DNA from: an uncultured marine group III euryarchaeote | Lineage (GTDB): Archaea; Thermoplasmatota; Poseidoniia; MGIII; CG-Epi1 | Reading direction: 5' to 3' | Assembly: GCA_902533295.1 (NCBI GenBank) | Contig: CACALG010000001.1 | Location: 19,048 to 83,047 of the forward strand | Length of the DNA stretch: 64,000 bases | Part shown: positions 39,865 through 49,472 of the stretch, one piece after another | Layout: every line of letters starts with the position of its first letter | How positions within the stretch are numbered: position 1 is the first letter of the stretch | Notes under the pieces: generated by a model | The model's input: the letters and a program-made list of their open reading frames with translations, nothing else | What the model was told of the DNA's origin: nothing | The model's database searches: none | Position numbers and translations under genes: made by a program

Positions 39865-40304
39865 TGCAAGGATTTGCAATAAGCAATTTAACGAATAAGA
39901 ATCTTAAACAAAAAGCAAACAAAATTGTACTTGATTTAGTCAAAAAAGGGCTAAAAGTAAAATACAAAATCTTTGGGAAATATATATATTTAGAATCAAA
40001 AAATGAAATAACTCAAAAAAATTTGAATAAAAATATCTATCATGCAAAAATGAGCACAGATAAAAAAGATGAGATTTTCACATCTATAAGTGGGTTAATA
40101 GACGGTACAAAAGAACCTGCAGATTTTGCAGTAAGAGTCAATCGAAAAGGTGAACATAAATACACTTCAACTGAATTAGCTAAAGAAGTAGCCGGGGCTG
40201 CATTTGAAGAATGGCCAAATATTAAAGTAAATCTAGACAAACCCTCATTAGAAATTAATATTCAAATTATTAATAATCGGAGTATTATATACTTAAGAAA
40301 CTAA
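39864..40304 (+). CDS. THUMP-domain protein (putative RNA-binding)
   Basis: 146 aa; C-terminal half resembles a THUMP fold (FAVRVNRKGEHKYTSTELAKEVAGA...INIQII); weak. Confidence 0.4.
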   Translation: MQGFAISNLTNKNLKQKANKIVLDLVKKGLKVKYKIFGKYIYLESKNEITQKNLNKNIYHAKMSTDKKDEIFTSISGLIDGTKEPADFAVRVNRKGEHKYTSTELAKEVAGAAFEEWPNIKVNLDKPSLEINIQIINNRSIIYLRN

Positions 40305-41191
40305 TGGACATTACAATAGTTGGAGCTGGCGCATTGGGGAATATGCTTGCCACTAAACTTTCGAGGAATAACAAAGTAAAGTTAATAGTAAAGTCAAAGC
40401 ATACTGGATTGATTGAAAACCAAGAAATACTATTCAGAGATATTGAAGGAAATATTATAAAATCTAAAATTAAGATAGGGACGAATATAGAAAATTGTGA
40501 TTTAATTATATTATGTGTAAAAAGTTATGATGCAGAAATATTAATACAAGAATTATCTAGATTAGATACTCCAATATTATTATGCCAAAATGGTTTGAAA
40601 ATTATGAATTATGCTTTAAAGAATATAGATGAGAAAAGAATATCATATCTAGTAACTGGTAACGGAATTTCTAAGATAAAAACAGGCATATCTGAACATA
40701 AAGGTCTAGGATTTACTTATTTAGGGAATTTATCTAAATCAAAATCAAATCTCTTGCATAGCATATCTAATAATCTAAAAGAACAAGATATGGATTGTAG
40801 TATTGTAGAAAATATAGAAGAATTTGTATGGCTAAAAACAGTAATCAATAGTGCAATAAACCCAATAGCTACACTGGCTGAAGTAAAAAATGGAAAACTA
40901 GGGAATCCAGAACTTAATGATGAAGTAAAGAAATTGTGTGAAGAGAGTAGTAATATTGCATCATCCAACGGCATTACATTACCATTAGATCCTTGGAGAG
41001 AAATAAACAAGATAATTGAAAAAACCGCTGATAACAAGTGTAGTATGTTACAGGACTTAGAAAACAATCAACAAACTGAAATTGATGCAATCAATGGAGA
41101 ATTGATTAGAATAGGAAAGAAACTCTCCATAAATACAATTTATAATCAGCAAATTTTTTCAGAGATAGAAAAATTATCAGTCTATTCCTAA
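40304..41191 (+). CDS. panE: 2-dehydropantoate 2-reductase (ketopantoate reductase)
   Basis: N-terminal Rossmann IVGAGALG; ApbA family C-terminal domain; 295 aa. Confidence 0.7.
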   Translation: MDITIVGAGALGNMLATKLSRNNKVKLIVKSKHTGLIENQEILFRDIEGNIIKSKIKIGTNIENCDLIILCVKSYDAEILIQELSRLDTPILLCQNGLKIMNYALKNIDEKRISYLVTGNGISKIKTGISEHKGLGFTYLGNLSKSKSNLLHSISNNLKEQDMDCSIVENIEEFVWLKTVINSAINPIATLAEVKNGKLGNPELNDEVKKLCEESSNIASSNGITLPLDPWREINKIIEKTADNKCSMLQDLENNQQTEIDAINGELIRIGKKLSINTIYNQQIFSEIEKLSVYS

Positions 41192-42211
41192 TGCTTTATT
41201 TGTCTTCAAAATAGATTTCATATTATCTGCTTCCAGATTAAACATTGCTCTTATAGCATCAATATTTTCAGGTATCACGTCAGATTCTTGATGTATAGCT
41301 TGGTAATAATACAATTTCTTTCCAAATGCATGAACTCCATCTTTCCAGACTGCAATTTGATTTAAGTCCCCTCGAGTATACAATGCGTCACGAGCTAATT
41401 CCATTATCTCTGCTGTACCTGGTAAATTACGTATTTTATTACCATCTGAATTCAAAAATCCTTCTAATAAATTTACACGAGGTGTTGAATCCCACATAGA
41501 TAATATCTCATCAACATCAGGTTCATTATCTAATTCAGCTATAATACAATGAACATGCATAATAGTTGTAGGTACTTTAACTGCCATAGTTTGTATGTTT
41601 ATACCCTCAATAACTGTTTGAACATCAGGGCCATGGTGACTCGGAACTGAAAGAACTGGTTCTATTGAATTCAGGGGGCCTCTATCACTATCTTTAGGAT
41701 CTCCACTTCTTCTAACCATAACTGCTTGGACATTATCAATACCATACTTCTGAAGTACTGGAAATAACGTCCTTGCAAGCCCTGTTGTATTGCAGGAAAC
41801 AACTCTGACAAAATCTTCATTTATAGATGAAGAATAATTTGTTAGAGCGTTAAAACTTACACCGATAGGTGCATGTTTTTCACCACCTTGCCAGATAGCC
41901 TTAGTACCTGCTTTTTTGTACATTTCCATATTATTTACACCTAATTTTCCAGGTGTACAATCTATGATAACATCCGAAATTTTGACTAAGTCTTCTGTCA
42001 CACCAGAAACTTCCACGCCTTTTTCCTCAAAGAACGGTATTTTTGATTTTGTAGAAGCAAAAACTGGAAAACCAGCATCGAGAGCTCCTCTTAATTCATA
42101 TGTTGGTTTTGTTTTAACTATACCAACTATTTCCATGTCATCTTGAAGTGTAACAGCTTCAGCAACACGCTTTCCAATCGTGCCATAGCCATTGATCCCA
42201 ACCTTAATCAT
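41177..42211 (-). CDS. gap: Glyceraldehyde-3-phosphate dehydrogenase, archaeal type II
   Basis: KVGINGYGTIGKRVA N-terminus and active-site VSCNTTGL. Confidence 0.85.
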   Translation of the reverse strand: MIKVGINGYGTIGKRVAEAVTLQDDMEIVGIVKTKPTYELRGALDAGFPVFASTKSKIPFFEEKGVEVSGVTEDLVKISDVIIDCTPGKLGVNNMEMYKKAGTKAIWQGGEKHAPIGVSFNALTNYSSSINEDFVRVVSCNTTGLARTLFPVLQKYGIDNVQAVMVRRSGDPKDSDRGPLNSIEPVLSVPSHHGPDVQTVIEGINIQTMAVKVPTTIMHVHCIIAELDNEPDVDEILSMWDSTPRVNLLEGFLNSDGNKIRNLPGTAEIMELARDALYTRGDLNQIAVWKDGVHAFGKKLYYYQAIHQESDVIPENIDAIRAMFNLEADNMKSILKTNKALGID

Positions 42212-42238
42212 ATTTCTTTATTTGATAGTGCTATTTAA

Positions 42239-44332
42239 CTAATTTTCTTTATCATCACTCATTTTTTTTCTGAGCTGTTCAACAGAAACCGAAATTTTCT
42301 TTTCAGGAATGGATTCTGCGCCTTGGGTAAATTCTTCAACCTCTTCAACTTCCTCATTAAAATCACCAACGTCTTCAATATCTGATGAATCATCATCAAA
42401 AACTTCAACCGCTGACTCAGCGACATCCTCTTCTCCAATATTTTTAGAAATAGCATAATCTCCATCACTACCTTGTCCCACAGCAATATCCCCGCTTTCG
42501 ATATCCTCTGCCAATTGCATGCGCTTTTCTGAACTAGCATCATCCACTATTTCCTCTAACAATTCCTCTGGTGAAAGCTCCTCCTCCACTTCTGGAAATT
42601 CCTCATCTTCTGTCTCAATAAGTTCATCTAAATCTAATTCAACTTCCTCATTATACAAGAATTCTGGCATTTCAGGAGCTACCGCACCTGGTGTAGCTAT
42701 TGCATCATAAAATTCAAAAGCCGTCCTCTCAACCTCTTCCACAAATTCTTCTAAATCTTCTTCCCCTATTCTAGAATAGATAGTAGCCATTCTATCTGCA
42801 ATGAATGCAAAGTAATTCGGTGCAACTTCAAATGCTTTTTCAGTCCATGTAAATGGAATCCATGCCATAACTTGCTTATTTTTAGGATCTACTGTTATTT
42901 TTAATTGAGGACCAGGATAAATTATACCACCGCAGGAAACATCATAATTATTCATATATGCTAAAACTTTGTACACATCTTCTTGTTTTGGTGTTTCAGT
43001 TAAATTATATTTGGCCTCAAAATAGAAATTGACTTTCTTATAATTCATGAAAATTTCAGGCCTTCCTGAACCCTGAACAGGATTGGTCTTAGTGTCTGAT
43101 TCAGCAAAAAGTGAACCCATTATTGAATCGCTCCAGCCTTGCCTTACTTGTTCTGGTGCATCATATTTCAATACTACATCTTTATTTTTAGATCTAAACT
43201 CACGAAGTGATTTAGCATGTGCACTTAATTTTAATCCTGATGCCATCTCACAGAGAATCCATAGAGCATAAATATCTGTCATCTTTTGTGTCTGTACAAG
43301 TACTGTTTCTTCATAATATGATTGGTACTCATCTAAAAACTCTCTCCACAAAGGGGGCAATTCTCTGTAAGAACGATTTCTACTCCAAGTTTTAGCTTCG
43401 ATAAGTGCTTCTCTATTAATTAAACGCTGCTCTTTACGAGTAGCCTTAGCAGTAGGTATTAATTCTGCTAATTTCCCATCACCTAAGACCTGTTTATGGA
43501 ATTTACATGCCATATCTAACTTATCCAATTGCTCCTTAACTGAATCATTAGGGGGCTGATATTCTTTGCCATAAATTGCAGACCAAGCTTTCTTTTCCCT
43601 TTCTCTTCTATCCATTTCATCTCTAAAAAAGATAGCTTCAATGAAAACTTCCATATGGAATTTTACAAGAAGGATGTTAGTGGGTGTACTCCATCTCCTC
43701 TTTCGGATATCTGTTACATGAGCAGTAGCATATTCTGTACCTTTTTGAGCACGAGCAAGAGCCGTTTTTTGCCACCTTACTGCACCCCTTATCTGGGATT
43801 TCATAGTCTTTCTTTCAACTTCTACTTTGTAAGTGTAAGCTCCTTTTCGGATATCATTTGTAACTTTCAACAATTTTCCAGAAAATTCTAATAATTGTTC
43901 AATATTAAGTAATATTTTCTCCTCTTCAATTGATGATGTCCCACCAGGATACATGTCTTCGGGCGGATCATCGGCTCCAGAATTCTTAACCAAATCAGGA
44001 ATATGAACATCTCGTAATTCTTTGAAGCTCTCATAATCTAACATCTTAGGAGCTATCACAACTTCTAGCTTGTTTGAAACCGAACTTCCATCTTTACTGT
44101 GCAAACTTATAGTGTTAGTTCCAATATAGTCTGGCACTACAAACTGTAGAGAATGTGTTGTATTTGATCTAACTGGAGGTAATGAATCAACTTTAGCACT
44201 ACCTACTCTGATATGCACATCTTCTAATGCCTTGAAAGCATTAACATTCAACATAACTGATTCACCCTCAGTCAAATTCTCAGAATGACCCTCTGGTAAT
44301 CTGAGATCTATAGTTGCATCTGGTAAACTCAT
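42239..44332 (-). CDS. McrC-like putative nuclease partner (697 aa) with a PD-(D/E)xK-like motif and a ~170-aa polyacidic C-terminal tail
   Basis: RPEIFMNYKKVNFYFEAKYN resembles the McrC/restriction-endonuclease-fold h-h-E-A-K-Y core. Immediately downstream of, and 1 nt from, the McrB-like gene. Tail is EEVELDLDELIETEDEEFPEVEEE... Confidence 0.4.
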   Translation of the reverse strand: MSLPDATIDLRLPEGHSENLTEGESVMLNVNAFKALEDVHIRVGSAKVDSLPPVRSNTTHSLQFVVPDYIGTNTISLHSKDGSSVSNKLEVVIAPKMLDYESFKELRDVHIPDLVKNSGADDPPEDMYPGGTSSIEEEKILLNIEQLLEFSGKLLKVTNDIRKGAYTYKVEVERKTMKSQIRGAVRWQKTALARAQKGTEYATAHVTDIRKRRWSTPTNILLVKFHMEVFIEAIFFRDEMDRREREKKAWSAIYGKEYQPPNDSVKEQLDKLDMACKFHKQVLGDGKLAELIPTAKATRKEQRLINREALIEAKTWSRNRSYRELPPLWREFLDEYQSYYEETVLVQTQKMTDIYALWILCEMASGLKLSAHAKSLREFRSKNKDVVLKYDAPEQVRQGWSDSIMGSLFAESDTKTNPVQGSGRPEIFMNYKKVNFYFEAKYNLTETPKQEDVYKVLAYMNNYDVSCGGIIYPGPQLKITVDPKNKQVMAWIPFTWTEKAFEVAPNYFAFIADRMATIYSRIGEEDLEEFVEEVERTAFEFYDAIATPGAVAPEMPEFLYNEEVELDLDELIETEDEEFPEVEEELSPEELLEEIVDDASSEKRMQLAEDIESGDIAVGQGSDGDYAISKNIGEEDVAESAVEVFDDDSSDIEDVGDFNEEVEEVEEFTQGAESIPEKKISVSVEQLRKKMSDDKEN

Positions 44333-44333
44333 A

Positions 44334-47243
44334 TCAACCGAATACGCTTAAACCTGGTGAATCAACCATTTTCTCTAAGGTATTGCTTATGCCGTGGTCT
44401 TGACCAAGAACTTCTTGAGCTTTTAGCATTAAACATTTTAGCTCATTTCTTTCCAATCCTTCCAATGCAGGCATTATATTGGATTTAATTACATCCTCTA
44501 ATGCTCTATCTAAATCATATTGCCCTCGAGAATTAAAGACAGTCAACATTGAATCTATAATTACTGCAGGACCAATCTTTCTATAAGTTCTAACACCTCT
44601 TGCAATTTCATCATCTCTAGATTGAGGTAACTCTTCTTCCTCCAAGAAATTCATAAATTTATTGAATGCTTTGAACATTGTCCCATCATCATCATAAAAG
44701 TCAAACATTTCTTTGGCATACCAATCCTCCTCTTCACTGTCCTCAGGCCTATCAGGTGCAATTCCCAACTTATTCAGTTTATTGAACACAAATATAGGCA
44801 TACGTCTGTACTCATCATCTCTATCAGGAAGACCAATTTCAACGAAAGCAAATCTTCTCATTAAAGCGTGACCCACATTGAAAAGAGTATTCTTATCTTG
44901 AGTATTCATAGTTCCAATTATTCTGAATTCTGGTGGCATCATAAACGGAGCCCCGCCAGTCTCTTTTGCTGTAAGAAGTGCTTGCTTGTCCCTGTACTCA
45001 AACACCGTAAATAATTTACCAAAAGCTTCATCGATATTTGCTCTATTAAACTCATCGATTACTAAATAATGAGGTTTGCCATCCTCTTGCATTGTTTTTT
45101 CACAACTCTTTGCAGCATCTGCAACATAACCATCTTTGAAAAAATAACCTCCTGAATCATCTGGTGAGATACCACCAATAACTTCGAAATTAGACCATTC
45201 TGCATTTGCAGTTACAATGGTGTAATTAGGAATAGGACTGCCGTCTTTTCCCTCTTTGACTCCACATATTTGACTCAGCAAAAGATTAGCTAATGCTGTT
45301 TTACCAGTACCTGGATCTCCATACAACATTATGTTTCTACCAGATTTAAGGTGTGTTACTGTCTGATTAATAGTATCTTCAGTCGTTGAATAATATTTTG
45401 ATAATTCTTCATAGTCAACATTGTAATCGACTTTCATTGCTTTTCGAATCTTTGGAGATTCAGCTAATTCTTCTTTCAAATCCTTTTCTAAATCATCTAA
45501 GTGAGAAAGATCAGCTCCATAATTTTCATCCTCTGTTGGCTTGATGTCTATTGTTGCTTCAGGAAATTCTGAAAGAAGCCTATCCATTGCATCTTCTAAA
45601 CTAATTTCTTTAGGTGTTGATGATGATGGAGTTTCGTCAGATTTTGGCCCATCTTCTGCCTCAAAAGAAGAATCGAAGGGATCTGAGGAAGGGGGACTAG
45701 ATAATTGCATTTCCATCATTTTATCTCTGAATTTCTCTGCACCAAATTGCCAACCATACCATATAGCACCTCCAGAAACTATGAGTGGAATTAGAAACAT
45801 AGCCCATTCTTCACTCGATTCAGGAGATGAAATATCTGAACCTGAAAGTAAAGCAGGAGCAATCATTGTTGCGAATAAAGTGCCTATTCCTGCTACAAAT
45901 AATCCAAAATAAGCAAACCCTTCCATGCTTTCTTCGGATTTCCTTTTCCGGTAAAATAAGAATACACCCAAAAATGTAATAACCATAAACAAAACAGTAA
46001 GAATCCAGTCTCCCTGTTCAAAATAAAAATTAGCCCCATTACGTAATAAATTCCATAACAATACAATGTACTGGAATCCAAGACCAAACAATATGAAGAA
46101 GAAATATTTTGCTTCTTCCATATCTTTCAAACGAATTGTTTGAAGAATATAGGCTGCAATACCTATCAAAAGAGCTAAAACACCAAGCATTAAAACTAGC
46201 ATTTCACCCGCTTGAAGATTAAGCATCACTGTTGCAGTTCCCATTGGTGGGTCTGCGGATGCACAAGCAGATTGAAGATCTGGGATTGTACTATCGTATG
46301 ATCCAACTGCGTCACATGAAGCCCATGGTCCACGCACCCAATTATGGTGTATAGATCCAAATACTAATGAACCGGCTCCCACAAAGGAATAAATTGTACT
46401 CAGTGGAGCCTCTCCAATGTCTTTTCCAGTTACTGCATACAAAAATACGATATAAGATACAATAATTATTATTAGAGAAGACGTCGCTCCTAGAGATGAA
46501 TAAAATCCATCTAGTGCACCTTTTGGATATGTCTCATTAATGAATGACTCACCTTCTGTAAGCTTTTCATCATTTGCGCTAGAATATCCACCGCCTACAT
46601 AAACATAAATAATAAGCATCACAAAAACACACAGAATTAATGGAGCCATGATATTACTATCATTAATCCGTCTTGCTTGTATCATAATTAATAGAGCAAG
46701 GAGCGTAAGCAAACCAAAAACAGACTGAAATTGATGAGTATCTACTTTGAAATCGGATGTATCAAAATTATCTCCTTCACCGACACGACCCCCCGGTCCA
46801 TTATTCAAAACCAACGGACATCCATCTTTATCTCCACGAACATCTATATCCGACCAACCTGGACACACAAGTGGGTTATTATCATCAGTCCAACCAAGTA
46901 AAGTCAACTGCGCTTTTTCTTCATCAGTTAACTCTTGTTCTATCTCGCTATTTGACTCTGGAGCCTCATCATTGTAATGTGGGATGTCTCCTGTTGTATA
47001 ATACAAAATCAAACCTAAGAGGGCAACAGCAATCAAAAATTGTAAAGCTGGCAAGTAAAAACTAGGTTTAGTTTTGATTAAAGGTGGTTTAGAAGTTGCA
47101 GCAGGCTTACCTTCAGATTTAGAAACTGGTGTCTCCACTTGAGAAGGACCTGAATCCTTAGCTCCAGACAGATTTACACCGCAAATATTACAGAATGGTG
47201 CATTATCTTCAACATCTACAGCACAGACTGGGCACTTTTTCAT
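44334..47243 (-). CDS. Fusion protein (969 aa): N-terminal double zinc ribbon, polytopic membrane domain (~8 TM), acidic linker, C-terminal McrB-family AAA+ GTPase domain
   Basis: CPVCAVDVEDNAPFCNICG. Multiple hydrophobic helices at aa ~60-480. Walker A LYGDPGTGKTALA, Walker B YLVIDEFNRANIDEAFGKLFTVFE (McrB DEINRAN...FGE), GTMNTQDKN (McrB N-T-x-D), ALMRRF. Confidence 0.6.
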   Translation of the reverse strand: MKKCPVCAVDVEDNAPFCNICGVNLSGAKDSGPSQVETPVSKSEGKPAATSKPPLIKTKPSFYLPALQFLIAVALLGLILYYTTGDIPHYNDEAPESNSEIEQELTDEEKAQLTLLGWTDDNNPLVCPGWSDIDVRGDKDGCPLVLNNGPGGRVGEGDNFDTSDFKVDTHQFQSVFGLLTLLALLIMIQARRINDSNIMAPLILCVFVMLIIYVYVGGGYSSANDEKLTEGESFINETYPKGALDGFYSSLGATSSLIIIIVSYIVFLYAVTGKDIGEAPLSTIYSFVGAGSLVFGSIHHNWVRGPWASCDAVGSYDSTIPDLQSACASADPPMGTATVMLNLQAGEMLVLMLGVLALLIGIAAYILQTIRLKDMEEAKYFFFILFGLGFQYIVLLWNLLRNGANFYFEQGDWILTVLFMVITFLGVFLFYRKRKSEESMEGFAYFGLFVAGIGTLFATMIAPALLSGSDISSPESSEEWAMFLIPLIVSGGAIWYGWQFGAEKFRDKMMEMQLSSPPSSDPFDSSFEAEDGPKSDETPSSSTPKEISLEDAMDRLLSEFPEATIDIKPTEDENYGADLSHLDDLEKDLKEELAESPKIRKAMKVDYNVDYEELSKYYSTTEDTINQTVTHLKSGRNIMLYGDPGTGKTALANLLLSQICGVKEGKDGSPIPNYTIVTANAEWSNFEVIGGISPDDSGGYFFKDGYVADAAKSCEKTMQEDGKPHYLVIDEFNRANIDEAFGKLFTVFEYRDKQALLTAKETGGAPFMMPPEFRIIGTMNTQDKNTLFNVGHALMRRFAFVEIGLPDRDDEYRRMPIFVFNKLNKLGIAPDRPEDSEEEDWYAKEMFDFYDDDGTMFKAFNKFMNFLEEEELPQSRDDEIARGVRTYRKIGPAVIIDSMLTVFNSRGQYDLDRALEDVIKSNIMPALEGLERNELKCLMLKAQEVLGQDHGISNTLEKMVDSPGLSVFG

Positions 47244-47276
47244 TAATGGACAGTTAAGAGTATTGGTTAAAAGCTT

Positions 47277-47972
47277 TTGATTATGGCAAACGTTCTTAAC
47301 AACCTTTTCAATGCGAAAATAATGTCTAATGATTTAATGACTCTAAGAGATTTAAGAGTCCAAACTTTAAAGGAAAGAAGAGAAGGAAGATTAACCAAAC
47401 TTCCCTCTCATTTCTACAGAAGAGTATACCAATTAGAAGCAAATATTAGGATGTTTATAGAGGATTCAAAAGATAACCCACAAAAACTTGGGAAGGCAAA
47501 CGCAGATGTAAGGAAATTTTTAGACATGAAATTAGAATTACACAAACATAGGGAAAGAAAGTTGACAGATTTAGCCAGAGAACGGATCAATGGCCAGAAT
47601 CCTAATACAGATAATGTTCACAAAAATGAACAGGAATATCTCACATCACTCTGCGAAGTTATTGAAAATCATAGAAAGAAAACACTTCTGAGTAAAGATA
47701 ATGGAGAAAGTGAAGAACCGGAAATTAAAGAAACAAAACTCGAAGAAAAAGTAGAAGAAGAAATTATCGAAGAAGAACCTGTAGAAGAAAAGAAAGAAAT
47801 CGCAGACGAATATATAGAAGTAGAAGTTCTTGAAGATTTACCTACATTTACAGGAATGGATGCAAAAAATTATACTTTAAAAAATAACAAAAAAGAAATT
47901 ATTCCAATATACAATGCCAAGATATTGAGTGATGCAGGAAAAGTAAAAATTATTACTGAGGTGAAGGCCTGA
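47277..47972 (+). CDS. GINS complex subunit, Gins51 (Gins15/Sld5-Psf1-like) family
   Basis: A-domain LTKLPSHFYRRV (LP..FY motif) and C-terminal B-domain VEVLEDLPTFTGMDAKNYTL...IIPIYNAKILSDAGKVKII. Confidence 0.55.
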   Translation: MIMANVLNNLFNAKIMSNDLMTLRDLRVQTLKERREGRLTKLPSHFYRRVYQLEANIRMFIEDSKDNPQKLGKANADVRKFLDMKLELHKHRERKLTDLARERINGQNPNTDNVHKNEQEYLTSLCEVIENHRKKTLLSKDNGESEEPEIKETKLEEKVEEEIIEEEPVEEKKEIADEYIEVEVLEDLPTFTGMDAKNYTLKNNKKEIIPIYNAKILSDAGKVKIITEVKA

Positions 47973-48706
47973 CCTACAAAACCACCGATAAGGGCATATT
48001 AATTACAGACGAAAGATTAGCTGCACAAATATACAATAAAGGAAAAACAGGAACTACCCAGGAAAAAGGTAACCTGTTATTAAGGCCTGAAGAAGCATTA
48101 TATTGCGATTATCGAGGTGATTTTGAGCTTTCAGATAACGAGAGAAAGAAATTCATGTCAAATAATTATACAGTTTACAGAGATCTAAAAGAACGTGGTT
48201 TAATAGTAAAAATTGATGATTTTGGCCTAAGAGTTTATGACCGAAAAACTGAAACTAAAGGACAAGCATCTGCAATTGTTTTGCCTAAAAATTTCGACGA
48301 AAAAATAGATTTTAGCAATATTTTTAATGAACTGGAAAAGGGACTTGAGAGAAGAGTCCAAATTGGAATAATAGATTCTGACAATGATGTAGTATATTAT
48401 GTGATTAAAGGCATCAAATGGGATGAAACTAAACTAAAAGAAGGTCAAAAAAGTACAATTACAGACAAGGAAGTTCAAGAACTACTCGAGAAAGGATACC
48501 AAATAAATTCTGGATTAAAATTTGGAACACATTACAGAGTCTACAACTATGAGTCAAATCATGCCCCTTGGCTAATACACGTCATAAAAGAAGGAATTAA
48601 TTGGTTAGATATTGCAAGAATGGTACGTGTAGGTCATGGTGTCAATAAGACAATAGTTTTAGCATACAAACAGAAATGGCTTAGTATTGAATGGATTAAA
48701 CCTTGA
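47960..48706 (+). CDS. endA: tRNA-splicing endonuclease EndA. The ORF track gives 48155..48706, but the N-terminal domain is encoded in frame upstream from ~47960 with no ATG/GTG/TTG.
   Basis: Catalytic domain SGLKFGTHYRVY...NHAPWLIHV...VGHGVNKT (Tyr/His/Lys triad). Upstream in-frame peptide ...KGILITDERLAAQIYNKGKTG...LLLRPEEALYCDYRGDFEL matches the EndA N-domain (HYG..G, LSLVEALYL). Confidence 0.7.
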   Translation, partial: GEGLTYKTTDKGILITDERLAAQIYNKGKTGTTQEKGNLLLRPEEALYCDYRGDFELSDNERKKFMSNNYTVYRDLKERGLIVKIDDFGLRVYDRKTETKGQASAIVLPKNFDEKIDFSNIFNELEKGLERRVQIGIIDSDNDVVYYVIKGIKWDETKLKEGQKSTITDKEVQELLEKGYQINSGLKFGTHYRVYNYESNHAPWLIHVIKEGINWLDIARMVRVGHGVNKTIVLAYKQKWLSIEWIKP

Positions 48707-49416
48707 TAGTTGGACTCTACACCAAAGATTTTGCTTTACTTAACAATATCACAAATAAGATAAAAGATCAAAAAATTAAACTTCGCCACCTAGATAATCT
48801 TTCAAATTTAGGAAAGGATTTGCAAATAATTATTTCTAAAAGAAGAATTAAGAATTGTAAAATACCTCAAATACAACCTGAAAATTTGGACGTTCTAGAA
48901 TTGAAATTAAGATGTAAACTATATACCTGTTCTGGTTTAGTAATAGGAATAGATCCTGGTGGCATGATTGGCCTATCTGCAATAGGTACTGGTAGAATAT
49001 TGTTCATGAATACTTATGATAATCCTAATGATTTAGCCATAATTGTTAAATCTATATATTTAGAAATAGGGCTAAAAGCGATTAAGATTGGATTAGGGTC
49101 TCCACCTGAGAGAACAAGAATATTAGACGTACTCAAAGAATATTCAAGTATCATTCAATTAGTCAATGAGCAAAATAGTGGAAGTGGGAGTCATACTGAA
49201 GCTGCAACAATAATTGCTTTGCGCCAAGGTAAATATAATTTAGATGAAAAATACAGACCTAAGGATGGAGAAATATCATGGATTCAGAAGGAATCAAGAA
49301 GATTATCAAAAGGATTAGTTACAATAGACAAAGAACTTGCTCATGAAATACTAATTGGGGAAAAGACTATGGATGAAGCCATAAAAATTTACACAAAAAA
49401 AATGAAACTTCGGTAA
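48703..49416 (+). CDS. Hypothetical protein with an RNase H-like (YqgF/RuvC-type) N-terminal motif; start overlaps endA stop by 4 nt
   Basis: VIGIDPGGMIGLSAIG start-of-fold motif; TTG start; translationally coupled to endA. Confidence 0.35.
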   Translation: MIVGLYTKDFALLNNITNKIKDQKIKLRHLDNLSNLGKDLQIIISKRRIKNCKIPQIQPENLDVLELKLRCKLYTCSGLVIGIDPGGMIGLSAIGTGRILFMNTYDNPNDLAIIVKSIYLEIGLKAIKIGLGSPPERTRILDVLKEYSSIIQLVNEQNSGSGSHTEAATIIALRQGKYNLDEKYRPKDGEISWIQKESRRLSKGLVTIDKELAHEILIGEKTMDEAIKIYTKKMKLR

Positions 49417-49472
49417 ATTAGGCACTTGATTGAGAATACTTATATAGACAAATAATAACAAGGAGATACGAT

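Noticed and set aside
42239-47243. Possibility that the AAA+ gene is a MoxR-type chaperone ATPase with a von Willebrand partner
   Set aside because: The partner lacks a VWA/MIDAS motif. The ATPase carries McrB-specific DEFNRAN...FG and GTMNTQD motifs rather than MoxR sensor motifs. The McrBC-like interpretation is preferred, though it is unverified without profile searches.
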